This document shows, in pieces, positions 55,138 through 64,000 of a stretch of 64,000 nucleotides of DNA (the first letter of the stretch is position 1; each line of letters begins with the position of its first letter). Origin of the DNA: Verrucomicrobiales bacterium (GTDB lineage Bacteria; Verrucomicrobiota; Verrucomicrobiia; Verrucomicrobiales; SLCJ01). The stretch covers positions 32,001 to 96,000 of the forward strand of contig JBJTQJ010000052.1 in assembly GCA_046075565.1 (NCBI GenBank). Reading direction: 5' to 3'. The position numbers and the translations under genes were made by a program. Below the pieces are notes generated by a model that had not been told where the DNA came from, did no database searches, and was given only the letters and a program-made list of their open reading frames with translations.

Positions 55138-55527
55138 TCAGCGGCGCACCAGGCCGAGGAAAGCCCGGCGTTCCGTCCAGAGCAGGAAGAGAGAGGAGGC
55201 CGCGAGAAAGAGCATGATCGGACCGAATAACCCCTCTCCCTTGAGCAGGAATGCGTGGAAAGCGGCGATGTTCAAGATGATCGGCCCGAGCACGAGCAGG
55301 CCGAGATTCCTGGTCAGGGGAATGACGACGAGCAATCCTCCGATCACCTCCAACACTTTCACGAACCCAAGGTATCCGGTCGGGAACAACGCGCCCATGA
55401 AAAGGGCGGGAGGTGAGCCCTCCGGCGGAGGCGGAGGCATGGGCATGAATTGCAGGAAGTAATTGAGTCCGAAGACAATGAAGAGGAGGCCGAGAAGGCC
55501 GGCGATAACGTGGGCTGCGATTTTCAT
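55138..55527 (-). CDS. DoxX-like membrane protein
   Basis: LLGLLFIVFGLNYF, GYLGFVKVLEVIGG, PIILNI..FH. Confidence 0.88.
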   Translation of the reverse strand: MKIAAHVIAGLLGLLFIVFGLNYFLQFMPMPPPPPEGSPPALFMGALFPTGYLGFVKVLEVIGGLLVVIPLTRNLGLLVLGPIILNIAAFHAFLLKGEGLFGPIMLFLAASSLFLLWTERRAFLGLVRR

Positions 55528-55581
55528 ATTGAATGGATGGGGGGCAGATGTGGAATGTGGACTTGGGGTCGATAGGGCGGT

Positions 55582-56298
55582 TCAGGCGAGATCAAAAAGC
55601 AAGCCTTCGGAACCAGCTTCACCGGTGATCTCCAGTTCGCCCGCTTCCTCGGTGCTTACGGCATCACCTTCACGGAGCGGCACGCCATTGACGGTGAATT
55701 GTCCGCGGGCGGCATGGAGCCAAATCCCGCGTCCGGGTTTCACCTCATGGGTTACCGACTCTCCGACGCGTGGACGAAGCAGGAAAACCTCGGCATCCTG
55801 GAAGATGACGGCGGAGCTATCGCGGCCGTCCGGAGAGATGACCAGGGTTTTGGCGGCGGCCGGACCGGAGGCGGGTTTCCATTCGGTGTAGCGGGGTTCG
55901 AGTCCGCGGGTGTGCGGCTCGATCCAGATTTGCAGGAAATGGGCCGAATCGGTCGGAGACGGGTTGTATTCGCTATGGCGCACGCCGCGCCCCGCACCCA
56001 TGAGCTGGATTTCTCCGGGCCCGAGGATGCGCCCATTGCCCATGCTGTCCTGGTGCTGCAGTTTGCCCTCGAGCACATAGGAAAAGATTTCCATGTCGCG
56101 GTGAGGGTGGGTGGGAAAACCCCCTCCGGGCGCGACGCGGTCATCATTGATCACACGCAGGGAACGGAAACCCGTGTGGCGGGGATCAAAATAGTCGGCG
56201 AAGGAGAAGGTATGATGGCTGTTTAACCATCCGTGATTGGCATGACCGCGGTCATTGGCCAGACGAACGGTGAGTCGGGGAGTCGAGTTGGTTTTCAT
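55582..56298 (-). CDS. Pirin family (YhhW-like) protein
   Basis: RGHANHGWL, FSFADY, HPHRDMEI, HSEYN, LQIWI. Confidence 0.95.
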   Translation of the reverse strand: MKTNSTPRLTVRLANDRGHANHGWLNSHHTFSFADYFDPRHTGFRSLRVINDDRVAPGGGFPTHPHRDMEIFSYVLEGKLQHQDSMGNGRILGPGEIQLMGAGRGVRHSEYNPSPTDSAHFLQIWIEPHTRGLEPRYTEWKPASGPAAAKTLVISPDGRDSSAVIFQDAEVFLLRPRVGESVTHEVKPGRGIWLHAARGQFTVNGVPLREGDAVSTEEAGELEITGEAGSEGLLFDLA

Positions 56299-56440
56299 AA
56301 CGAGTTGAGTATTTCATCGAGCCGGCTTTTCCGCCAATGCCGATTCGTTGGGCTGGGTCAACCCGCCAGGCATAGCAAACTTTGGGGGAGGAAAGAGATT
56401 TTCCATCGGCCCGGATGGCGTTATCATGCGCTTCACAGGC

Positions 56441-56677
56441 ATGTTCGAACTGCGTCATCTCAAATACTTCGTGGCCGTGGCCGAAGAAGGCAGCATCAAC
56501 CGCGCCGCCGCCCGGTTGCGTCTAACCCAACCGGCGCTGAGCCGTCAGATCCGTGCCTTGGAAGATGAAGTGGGCGAATGCCTGCTTTCCCGCACGGGAA
56601 ACTCCATCCGTCTCACCGAAGCCGGCCAACTCTTGCTCGGGGAAGCCCGGGGCGTGCTCGAACGGGCCGAATCCGCC
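56441..56677 (+). pseudogene. LysR family regulator, HTH only, truncated by a repeat
   Basis: ELRHLKYFVAVAEEGSINRAA..L.LTQPALSRQIRALE; similarity ends exactly where the repeat starts (~56678). Confidence 0.88.
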
Positions 56678-56717
56678 CCAAAGCCCGGGGTTGCCCCGTG
56701 CGCGGGGCTACCCCGGG
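56678..56717. repeat. Inverted copy of the GGGTAGCCCC..GGGGCAACCC hairpin
   Basis: GCCCGGGGTTGCCCCGTGCGCGGGGCTACCCCGGG is the reverse complement of ~9409-9443. Confidence 0.85.
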
Positions 56718-56742
56718 AAAACCATCCCCTGCAGAAAACAAC

Positions 56743-56834
56743 CCTCATCGGGAAGTCGTTTGTTTTTGCTCTGCGGCGACGTGTTTCACCAGACCAAATT
56801 CCCATTAGCATTGTTCCGGTATCTACCGGTATGG
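56743..56834. mobile_element. MITE-like element, diverged copy (92 bp)
   Basis: CCTCATCGGGAA...GTGTTTCACCAGACC...CCGGTATCTACCGGTATGG aligns end to end with 57229-57321. Confidence 0.7.
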
Positions 56835-57027
56835 ACGCTGCCTGTGAGCATTCCTCGGAGTCGTAAGAAGACCGTTGAGGCCTTCGAAGCCCTGGCGAAG
56901 TAGGCCCGGTCTTGCCCTGGGATCTGTCGCCGGAAGGTCCAGAACGACATCAAGATATCGACCTTGCGGAAGCTTTCGGCGAAATGACTTCGGATTGACG
57001 ATTGGTTGAAAAGCGTTCGACATCCGT

Positions 57028-57215
57028 CCCCAAAGCGGTGTCATCCCCGACAGGTCGGGGTTGCCACCGCACTCCAACACACTCGCTTGGGCAGTCGCTG
57101 TGTTGGACTGCGCCGGCTGTGACAACGCTTTCGGTTGTGGAGCACGGCGACTCGTGCGGCACCCCGCACGAAATGGCCTCACTCACTTGTAGGGCCCCGA
57201 CGGCGTCGGGGCTAC
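57028..57215. repeat. Cluster of further REP-like hairpins (TGGAGTGCGG/TGGACTGCG type and others)
   Basis: CCAAAGCGGTGTC..GCCACCGCACTCCAA, TGGACTGCGCC..CGCTTTCGG, GCCCCGACGGCGTCGGGGC. Confidence 0.6.
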
Positions 57216-57228
57216 GCTTGACATGGAA

Positions 57229-57321
57229 CCTCATTGGGAAATTGATTGTTTTTGCCCTGCGGCGGCGTGTTTCACCAGACCAACTTCCCAGTAGCATTGT
57301 TCCGGTATCTACCGGTTATGG
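57229..57321. mobile_element. MITE-like element (93 bp)
   Basis: CC...GG termini; third copy in the window. Confidence 0.7.
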
Positions 57322-57322
57322 A

Positions 57323-57447
57323 GGCTGCAAGGGTTGCGTCCAAAGGGGGCACAACCCTTACAGGGTTGCTGATCTTTGGTTTGGACCTCCCTGGGTAGCC
57401 CCGCAAGCGGGGCAACCCAGGGCTCTGGGACACAATCCCTTCGGGAT
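57323..57447. repeat. Composite palindromic repeat, same layout as 9335-9468
   Basis: CTGCAAGGGTTG..CAACCCTTACAG hairpin, then CCCTGGGTAGCCCC..GGGGCAACCCAGGGCTCTGGGACACAATCCC. Confidence 0.8.
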
Positions 57448-57573
57448 AGGGAAGAACCCAGAGGATTAGGAAAAAGAGCAGTTCATCTTGTGGGTGAGAG
57501 AATACCCACACACAAGCCTCTGGGTTTCAATTTCTTCTTCGTGTTACTTCGTGTCCATTCGTGGTTTCTTTCT

Positions 57574-58767
57574 TTATTTCGCCGACGGAAGAATATCCCC
57601 TACGACCAACAGAGGACCCACATAGTAAGTCATGTTTTCCGGCAGTTTCGTGATCTCGAATCGCACGGTGTGCTCACCTGGCTTCATCTCGGGCAAGAAA
57701 AAGAATCTGCCCATCCTCTGCTCGGCACGATAAGTCTCCTTCCGCGAAATCACCACCGGCCCCTTGCCATCAATGAAGGCGGAAACCCTTGTCTCCTCGG
57801 GTCCCGGTAGATCGATGAAGCCCGCTGTCGTCCCTTTGAATCGTATCGTCAACGTCGCGCCTTGAGCGGAGGTCTTAACCGCCGCAGGGAACATCGACGA
57901 GGATCGATCTTGCCCGCGCGCGATGATGGGATCCTTGGCCACATCCACCGGCGACCAGTTTCCACCGAGGGAAGCCGCTTTGATAGGCACCAACTTCGCT
58001 TTGTTCCACGAACCAGCGTCCAACGGCGCGGGCAGACGATGCGCACCTGCGGTGCCGACCTTTTTCATGGCGGCAAACGACCTTACGATGACATCTCGAT
58101 AGATATCATGACCTATCTCGCCGGGATGTGTGCCATCTTCGGCGAAGATCCTCTTGCCCTCCTCCTTCTTCCCTTTGAAGACCAGCGACCGATCTTTCAC
58201 CTGACGCGTGACTTCGAGCCCGAAGTCAATGGTCGGAATCCCGTAATGGTTTGCCACGCCTTCCATGATCGAGCCGAAGGCAACATTCCTGCCCGAGGAA
58301 AGCGCCGACACCATGCGTTCGCTGATCGTGTAAACGAAGCAGATATCGGTCGTCGGATCGTTGGTCCAAATCTGCCGGACAATTCCCTCCATCGACTTGA
58401 GATCCCCGCCATTGACCCGGAACTCGACAAATACCAGGTCGGGCTTGTGCTGGAGCACATGACCGCCGAGACGGCAGGCCCCATAAGTGGAACCGGTTCC
58501 GGAAACGGCGGCGTTGATTTCAATAACATTCGTCTTTGCATTCGCCGCCTTGAAATGGGCGAGGGTCTTGACTCGCCATCCCTCGGCCTTGGTTATGCTC
58601 CCCCCGAGATAAGCAATGCGCACATCGCCGCCCCGATCCAGCTTGGCGAAGAAATTGGGCAATCCATCCCTCGCCCGAAGCTCTTCCGCGAGCTTAACAT
58701 CGAAGTCAGTTGCCGCCCGCAGAAATCCGGGAATCAGCGCAATGCAAAACAATATCAGATTTCTCAT
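57574..58767 (-). CDS. Secreted SGNH/GDSL hydrolase
   Basis: IAYLGGSIT, NAAVSGTGS, PDLVFVEFRVN, DGTHP; signal peptide. Confidence 0.92.
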   Translation of the reverse strand: MRNLILFCIALIPGFLRAATDFDVKLAEELRARDGLPNFFAKLDRGGDVRIAYLGGSITKAEGWRVKTLAHFKAANAKTNVIEINAAVSGTGSTYGACRLGGHVLQHKPDLVFVEFRVNGGDLKSMEGIVRQIWTNDPTTDICFVYTISERMVSALSSGRNVAFGSIMEGVANHYGIPTIDFGLEVTRQVKDRSLVFKGKKEEGKRIFAEDGTHPGEIGHDIYRDVIVRSFAAMKKVGTAGAHRLPAPLDAGSWNKAKLVPIKAASLGGNWSPVDVAKDPIIARGQDRSSSMFPAAVKTSAQGATLTIRFKGTTAGFIDLPGPEETRVSAFIDGKGPVVISRKETYRAEQRMGRFFFLPEMKPGEHTVRFEITKLPENMTYYVGPLLVVGDILPSAK

Positions 58768-58875
58768 GGTGCTCTCCTTGGTCGCAGGAAATGGGTTCCT
58801 CATCATGCCTGATTCTCTCGCCATCGCAACATCGGATGTGCGCCACCAGTTCCAGGTGGGCGGGTGAAACCAACT

Positions 58876-59886
58876 TCAGATCCCTGGCATGAGTTTCACG
58901 CGATCCCAGTCGGAGGGTTCGAGGCAGCAAGGGTCGCGGCGGACGAAGTGGCCGGGTTCGATTTCCACGAGAGGCATGTCGAGGCCGACGGTTTCCTGGT
59001 AACGCGGGTGAGCGATGCGGTGGCCAAAGGCGCTGCCGGCCGGCGGATCGATAGGCGAGGGCACATCTCCTTCGAGCAGGACCCGCTGGGGCTGTCTTTC
59101 CGGATCCGGCACGGGAATCGCGGAGAGCAGGGCCTTGGTGTAGGCGTGGCGTGGACCATGGTAGATGGTTTCCGCGTCGGCCAGTTCGACGATCTGGCCG
59201 AGATACATGACGGCAACGCGGTCGGACACGTGTTTCACGACGGCGAGGTCATGGGCGATGAAGAGATAGGCCATGCCCATCTCACGCTGGAGGTCGAGCA
59301 TGAGATTCAGCACCTGACTCTGGATGGAAACATCAAGCGCGGATACCGGTTCATCGGCGATGATGAGGCGTGGCTTGAGCGCGATGGCGCGGGCGATGCC
59401 GATGCGTTGGCGTTGGCCGCCCGAGAACTCGAAGGGGAAACGGTCGGCGGCTCCTGATGGTAAACCCACTTTTTCGAGCAATTCTTGCACCCACATTCTC
59501 CGCTCCGCGCGTGTGCCGAGATTCTGGATCTCGAACGGTTCGGAAAGAATGTCTCCGATGGAGAAGCGCGGGTTGAGGCTCTCCGCGGGATCCTGGAAGA
59601 TCATCTGGATGTCACGGCGCAGAGGACGGAGCGCGCGGCTGGAGAGCAAATTCAGATCGATTCCGTCGAAGCGAACATCGCCGGATGTGGCCCGATGCAA
59701 ACGCACGATGGCTTTTCCGAGCGTGGACTTGCCGCATCCGCTCTCGCCGACCAGCCCGAGGGTTTCGCCGGTCTCAAGGCGCAGGCTCACATCCCGCACG
59801 GCCTTACACCATTTGCGGGTGCGCATGAGGACCCCGCCCTTGACCGGGAAGTTCACGGAAAGATGTTTTACATCGAGCAGGGGCAT
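58876..59886 (-). CDS. oppF: Oligopeptide ABC transporter ATP-binding subunit
   Basis: GESGCGKST, FSGGQRQR, ADEPVSALD, HAYTKALL. Confidence 0.93.
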   Translation of the reverse strand: MPLLDVKHLSVNFPVKGGVLMRTRKWCKAVRDVSLRLETGETLGLVGESGCGKSTLGKAIVRLHRATSGDVRFDGIDLNLLSSRALRPLRRDIQMIFQDPAESLNPRFSIGDILSEPFEIQNLGTRAERRMWVQELLEKVGLPSGAADRFPFEFSGGQRQRIGIARAIALKPRLIIADEPVSALDVSIQSQVLNLMLDLQREMGMAYLFIAHDLAVVKHVSDRVAVMYLGQIVELADAETIYHGPRHAYTKALLSAIPVPDPERQPQRVLLEGDVPSPIDPPAGSAFGHRIAHPRYQETVGLDMPLVEIEPGHFVRRDPCCLEPSDWDRVKLMPGI

Positions 59887-59894
59887 GAGGTCTG

Positions 59895-60875
59895 TTAGGA
59901 GCGGGCGGTGCAAATCGGGCAACCCTCGACCCAATGGCCGGGGGCGATTTCCATCATGGGATAGCGGGTTTCCAGGGTTTCTCCCTCGCGTCCCATACGC
60001 TGGCAGAACCGGCAGCCGGGCACGAGTTGATGGAGCGGGGCCACCATGCCCGGAATCACCGGCAGGCGGCTCTTTCTCGGTGTTTCGAGACGCGGCATTG
60101 AAGCGAGCAGCCCGCGGGTGTAAGCATGGGAGGGATTGCGGAAAAGGGTCTTCGCGGGAGCGCGTTCCACCACGCGGCCGGCATACATCACGACCACTTC
60201 GTCGCAGGTCTCGGCAATCACCCCGAGGTCGTGGGTGATCATGATAATCGACATACCGACTTCCTTTTGCAGCGATTTCAGCAACTCGAGAATCTGCGCC
60301 TGCACAGTCACGTCCAGCGCGGTGGTCGGTTCGTCGGCGATGAGCAAGGCGGGTTTGAGGGCGAGCGCAATGGCAATGCCGACCCGCTGGCGCATGCCGC
60401 CGGAAAGCTGGTGCGGGTATTCCATGGCCCGGATCTCCGGCGCGGGAATGCCCACCTTGTCGAGCACCTCAATGGTCTGCTTCCACGCTTCCGCTTTGGT
60501 AGCTTTGCCGTGGGTGAGGAAAACCTCGCTGACCTGGCGTCCGATGCGATGCACCGGATTGAGCGCGGTCATTGGTTCTTGGAAAATGACCCCGATGCCT
60601 TGGCCGCGGATCGTCCGCATTTCCTCGTCGCTGGCGGTTGCCAGATCCTTGCCTTGGAAAAGGACTTGTCCGGCGGCGATGCTCCCGGAAGGTTGGGGCA
60701 AAAGGCGGGTGATGCTCATGGCGGTCACACTTTTGCCGCACCCGCTTTCCCCGACGATGCCGACCGTCTTGCCACGCGGCACGGAAAAACTCACCCCATC
60801 CACCGCCGTCAGCAATCCGGCGTCGGTGGCGAAAGTGGTGCGCAAATCGCGCAGTTCTAACAGCGTCTCGCTCAC
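59895..60875 (-). CDS. oppD: Oligopeptide ABC transporter ATP-binding subunit
   Basis: GESGCGKS, LSGGMRQR, ADEPTTALD, GCRFCQR. Confidence 0.93.
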   Translation of the reverse strand: MSETLLELRDLRTTFATDAGLLTAVDGVSFSVPRGKTVGIVGESGCGKSVTAMSITRLLPQPSGSIAAGQVLFQGKDLATASDEEMRTIRGQGIGVIFQEPMTALNPVHRIGRQVSEVFLTHGKATKAEAWKQTIEVLDKVGIPAPEIRAMEYPHQLSGGMRQRVGIAIALALKPALLIADEPTTALDVTVQAQILELLKSLQKEVGMSIIMITHDLGVIAETCDEVVVMYAGRVVERAPAKTLFRNPSHAYTRGLLASMPRLETPRKSRLPVIPGMVAPLHQLVPGCRFCQRMGREGETLETRYPMMEIAPGHWVEGCPICTARS

Positions 60876-63142
60876 GATTTGGGAAGGGGTTGGGGTGGCG
60901 GTGGCGCGGGCTCTTCACCGGTGGCGGGCGGCGGGCCATTCCGGTAGTTGTCGTGGATGGCCATGACTTCGGGGAATTTCCGGTTCTCCACCCGCGCTTC
61001 GAGGGTTTCCTCCCTCATCTTTTCGTCAATCCACCAGACATAACTGTCGAATCCGATATAACAAGCCGCAGTTGCATACTTCTCCGGCCAGCGGATCCAC
61101 CGCCACGAGGCCTCGCGCAGGAAATTGATGCGCACCGCGGGAATGAAAATCCCCTCGTCGTAAATGAGTTGCTCGATCTCCGCCGTCAGACGCGACATTT
61201 CCTCCAGACTGGTGGCGACCCGGTGGGCTTCGGTTAGCTTGTCCATTTCCGGATTCGAGTAACTGAAGAGGTTGTTGGTGTCGGTCTTGACCCGTCCGTC
61301 TTTTTCGTAGGCATTGCTGCTATGAAGAAACTGGAAGTAATCGTTGATGGGAGGGCTGAAGCCCCAGGAATTGTAACCGATCTGATGCAATTTCTGCCCG
61401 ACCTTCTGAAAGGCGCCTGTTCCCTCCATGGCATCCACCTTGATTTCAATGCCGGCCTTTTTCGCCAACTCGGCCAGAAGGTTCAGGGTGGCGACGCGGG
61501 TGGCTATCTGGATGACGGTGACGGAAACGCTCAAGCGTTCGCCCTGGGCGTTCTTGAGAATTCCATCCGCATCCGGAATCGTGTAACCCGCGGCCGCGAA
61601 ATGCTCGCGGGCCTTCGCCACATCATGGGGACGTGCTTTGACTGGTGGGTCTTTGATCAGGACATAACCCTCCTGCAATGCGTTGCCCCGCACACCGTCG
61701 CCGCGGAGGAGGATCTTGATCACGGAGTCCCAATCGCAAGCGTAGGCCAGACCGAGGCGGACATCCTTGTTGTTGAGCGGCGGTCGGGCGACGTTGAGAT
61801 AAAGCCCGCTTCCGGATCCTGGCCAGACATTGTAGAAGGTATGGCGCTCGATGTAGCCATTGAAGACCTCGGGGATTTCGCTGCGTTCATACCAGTATTC
61901 GGGAACGCTGAGAGGGAAAATGTCCAGCCCTCCCCCGCGGAAGACTTCCCAGGCTTTCGGGATGTCCCGGATGACCCTGTGTTCGATGCGATCCGCATTG
62001 AAGCGGTAGCGGCGGTAACGTTTGTCCTTGGCCCACCAGTTCTCGACCCGGAACATGGTAATCGAGCGTCCCTTGTTGATGCCCTCGGGACGGAGGGCAT
62101 AGGGTGCGACGGTGGGTCGGCAACGCCAGTCGTAACGTTTGTCGAAGTCGGGACCGATCTCGGAGTAGAATCCCGTGTGGGCCGGATAGTTGCCCGCCAG
62201 CACCGGCGCCAGGGGTTTCTTCTGCTTCAAGGTCACCGAGTAGATGCTATCGGAATAGACGGTCAAATGGGAGAATTGCTCGCGGTAATACTGCTGGCCG
62301 TAGGTGTTATTTGTATAGGTGTTGAGGTGCAGGTAATAGGATGTGAGGAAATCCTCGGTGCGCACCGGTTTCCCGTCGGAGAACTTCGCTTCGGGATCGA
62401 TGTGGTAATAGACCGTGCGTTCATCCGGGGACATGGCCCAGCGGTCCGCGACGCCGGGAATCATTTCGCCGGTGTCGGGATGCATCTCGACCGGCAGCAT
62501 CTCCACATTGTCGTAATGCTCGGAGCGGAACGAGTTATTGGAATCGTTGCCAACGACACGCAAGGTAGGTGGAAAAGCCGGCATCATCTGGTGGAAGGTG
62601 CCACCCTTCTTGGCCTCTGGAGAACCGACTTCCGGAGCATCGAGGTTGGTCACCCAAGCCAAATCCTTAGGCAGATCGGCGAGGGTGGCGAAGGTAAAGT
62701 ATCCGGGTTTCTGCAATTCGAGGCTCTTCTTCCGGGCGGTTTCCAAGATGATTTCCCAATTCGCATCGGTCGCGACGAGGCGTTTTTCCATGGAGGAAAA
62801 ATCTCCCGCCACGACCGGCCGGGATTTCTCGACCTCTTTTACTCCGGGCAACGAACGGGCCCAAGTCAAAAGCGGCTCCGGCCACGGGGTGGATGCGTTC
62901 TGGGCCAGCTCCTTGGCCAAGCGTGGGATGTCTTCGCGTGCCTTTTCCAAAGAACCGGCTGCTTCGAGCGACTTGACCATCAGTTGATCGCTGACGAACT
63001 GATCGTGATACTCGCGATCCCAATCCCGCAGGAAATTCTGAAACTCCACTTTGGAATCATACGGCTCGAAGTCCTCCTTGGCCCCGCATCCGGAAAAGAG
63101 CGGCCAGAGAACCAGAACAAAAATGGCACGGACGAATCTCAT
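60872..63142 (-). CDS. ABC transporter family 5 solute-binding lipoprotein (YejA-like) with N-terminal extension
   Basis: Lipobox LFSGC; GSPEAKKGG, AKFSDGKP, ENWWAKD, DVRLGL. Confidence 0.9.
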   Translation of the reverse strand: MRFVRAIFVLVLWPLFSGCGAKEDFEPYDSKVEFQNFLRDWDREYHDQFVSDQLMVKSLEAAGSLEKAREDIPRLAKELAQNASTPWPEPLLTWARSLPGVKEVEKSRPVVAGDFSSMEKRLVATDANWEIILETARKKSLELQKPGYFTFATLADLPKDLAWVTNLDAPEVGSPEAKKGGTFHQMMPAFPPTLRVVGNDSNNSFRSEHYDNVEMLPVEMHPDTGEMIPGVADRWAMSPDERTVYYHIDPEAKFSDGKPVRTEDFLTSYYLHLNTYTNNTYGQQYYREQFSHLTVYSDSIYSVTLKQKKPLAPVLAGNYPAHTGFYSEIGPDFDKRYDWRCRPTVAPYALRPEGINKGRSITMFRVENWWAKDKRYRRYRFNADRIEHRVIRDIPKAWEVFRGGGLDIFPLSVPEYWYERSEIPEVFNGYIERHTFYNVWPGSGSGLYLNVARPPLNNKDVRLGLAYACDWDSVIKILLRGDGVRGNALQEGYVLIKDPPVKARPHDVAKAREHFAAAGYTIPDADGILKNAQGERLSVSVTVIQIATRVATLNLLAELAKKAGIEIKVDAMEGTGAFQKVGQKLHQIGYNSWGFSPPINDYFQFLHSSNAYEKDGRVKTDTNNLFSYSNPEMDKLTEAHRVATSLEEMSRLTAEIEQLIYDEGIFIPAVRINFLREASWRWIRWPEKYATAACYIGFDSYVWWIDEKMREETLEARVENRKFPEVMAIHDNYRNGPPPATGEEPAPPPPQPLPKS

Positions 63143-64000
63143 CGGTAGGTGGTGAACTTTTTGGGATCAAAGGCCTCGCGGAGCGCCTCACCAACAAAGG
63201 TGACGAGCAGGAGGACAAAAACGATCATGAAGAAAACGCTGGAGACAATCCATGGCGCGGTGCGGAGGTTTTCGACCCCGTCGCCGAGCAAGCGCCCCCA
63301 ACTGGCATACTTTTCCGGCAATCCGAAGCCGATGAAATCAAGGGAGGTGAGGGCCGACGAAATACCGGTAATGGAGAATGGAATGAGCGTGACCAGCAAG
63401 GCGATGGTGTTGGGCAGGATGTGTTTGAAGATGATCCGCCCCGATCTCGCACCCATGACACGCGCGGCGGCCACATAGTCGCGGGCTTTTTCCCGGTAGG
63501 TTGCCGAGCGCATGTAGTAGCTGCATCCGATCCAAGAGAAGAGGCAGAATACCCCGATGATCAAGGGCAGGGTGATATTCTCTTTCTCCATGATGCTCAC
63601 GAGGATGATCACGAGGTAGAGGAACGGGATGCTGCTGAGCACCTCGATGAAGCGCTGCATGATCAGATCGAAGATACCGCCCCAGAATCCCATCATCAGG
63701 CCCAAACTGGTGCCGATGACATACGTGACCAACAGGTAAAGCGCGGCCGCCTTGAGGATGACTTGGAATCCACCAAACAACTGGGCCGCCACATCCCAGC
63801 CCTTGCCATCCGAGCCAAGATAATGACGCCGCTCGAAGTTGGGGGCGATGGGCGGATAGTCCATTTCCTGCCAAGGGCCGATTTCCATGGAGAGGACGGC
63901 GTCCGCACCCTCCTCGCGTTTTTCCTCGATCTTCCGCCCCATGTCCCACTTCGCGTTGTAAACGATTTTTCCATCCGGCGAGAAGGCTTCTTCGGTCAAG
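63139..64000 (-). CDS. ABC transporter permease (OppC/YejE-like), 5' end beyond the window
   Basis: HYLGSDGKG, YVAAARVMGA, HILPN, GEALREAFDP. Confidence 0.92.
   Translation of the reverse strand, partial: LTEEAFSPDGKIVYNAKWDMGRKIEEKREEGADAVLSMEIGPWQEMDYPPIAPNFERRHYLGSDGKGWDVAAQLFGGFQVILKAAALYLLVTYVIGTSLGLMMGFWGGIFDLIMQRFIEVLSSIPFLYLVIILVSIMEKENITLPLIIGVFCLFSWIGCSYYMRSATYREKARDYVAAARVMGARSGRIIFKHILPNTIALLVTLIPFSITGISSALTSLDFIGFGLPEKYASWGRLLGDGVENLRTAPWIVSSVFFMIVFVLLLVTFVGEALREAFDPKKFTTYR

Noticed and set aside
57229-57321. 93-bp element as an integron attC site (AAC...GTTATGG)
   Set aside because: No paired R and L boxes along its length, one copy lacks GTT, no cassette ORFs or integrase

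Overview
High-GC bacterial chromosome window, most likely Verrucomicrobiota/PVC (inferred from a PEP-CTERM protein, prepilin/H-X9-DG proteins and a eukaryote-type UGPase). The core is the tRNA-Thr-tuf-tRNA-Trp-secE-nusG-rplKAJL-rpoBC cluster (16.8-29.9 kb, minus strand). Other recognisable genes: mntR, P-II, uvrC, yebC, exbB/exbD/TPR/comF, UGPase, a DinJ-YafQ-like TA pair, two HtrA-like proteins, tatD-sufE-gpx, lysC, an L,D-transpeptidase, USP, pirin/DoxX, an SGNH hydrolase and an Opp/Yej-type ABC transporter cut by the window end. The most interesting item is a cobalamin riboswitch (AdoCbl-variant type, 48537-48612, minus) heading three translationally coupled genes: a PEP-CTERM beta-propeller-like protein, a secreted protein resembling B12-locus surface proteins, and a type IV prepilin-like H-X9-DG protein. 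No TonB receptor or BtuCDF gene is in that operon, so it is a candidate pilin/PEP-CTERM-based B12 capture system. Intergenic regions hold several distinct REP-like families and a ~93-bp MITE-like element in three copies, always beside REP hairpins. Five accessory genes look broken: sdaA (in-frame TGA), two adjacent glycosyltransferases, a LysR regulator cut by a repeat, and a zinc-ribbon gene. All family calls come from motif recognition by eye; no database search was run.
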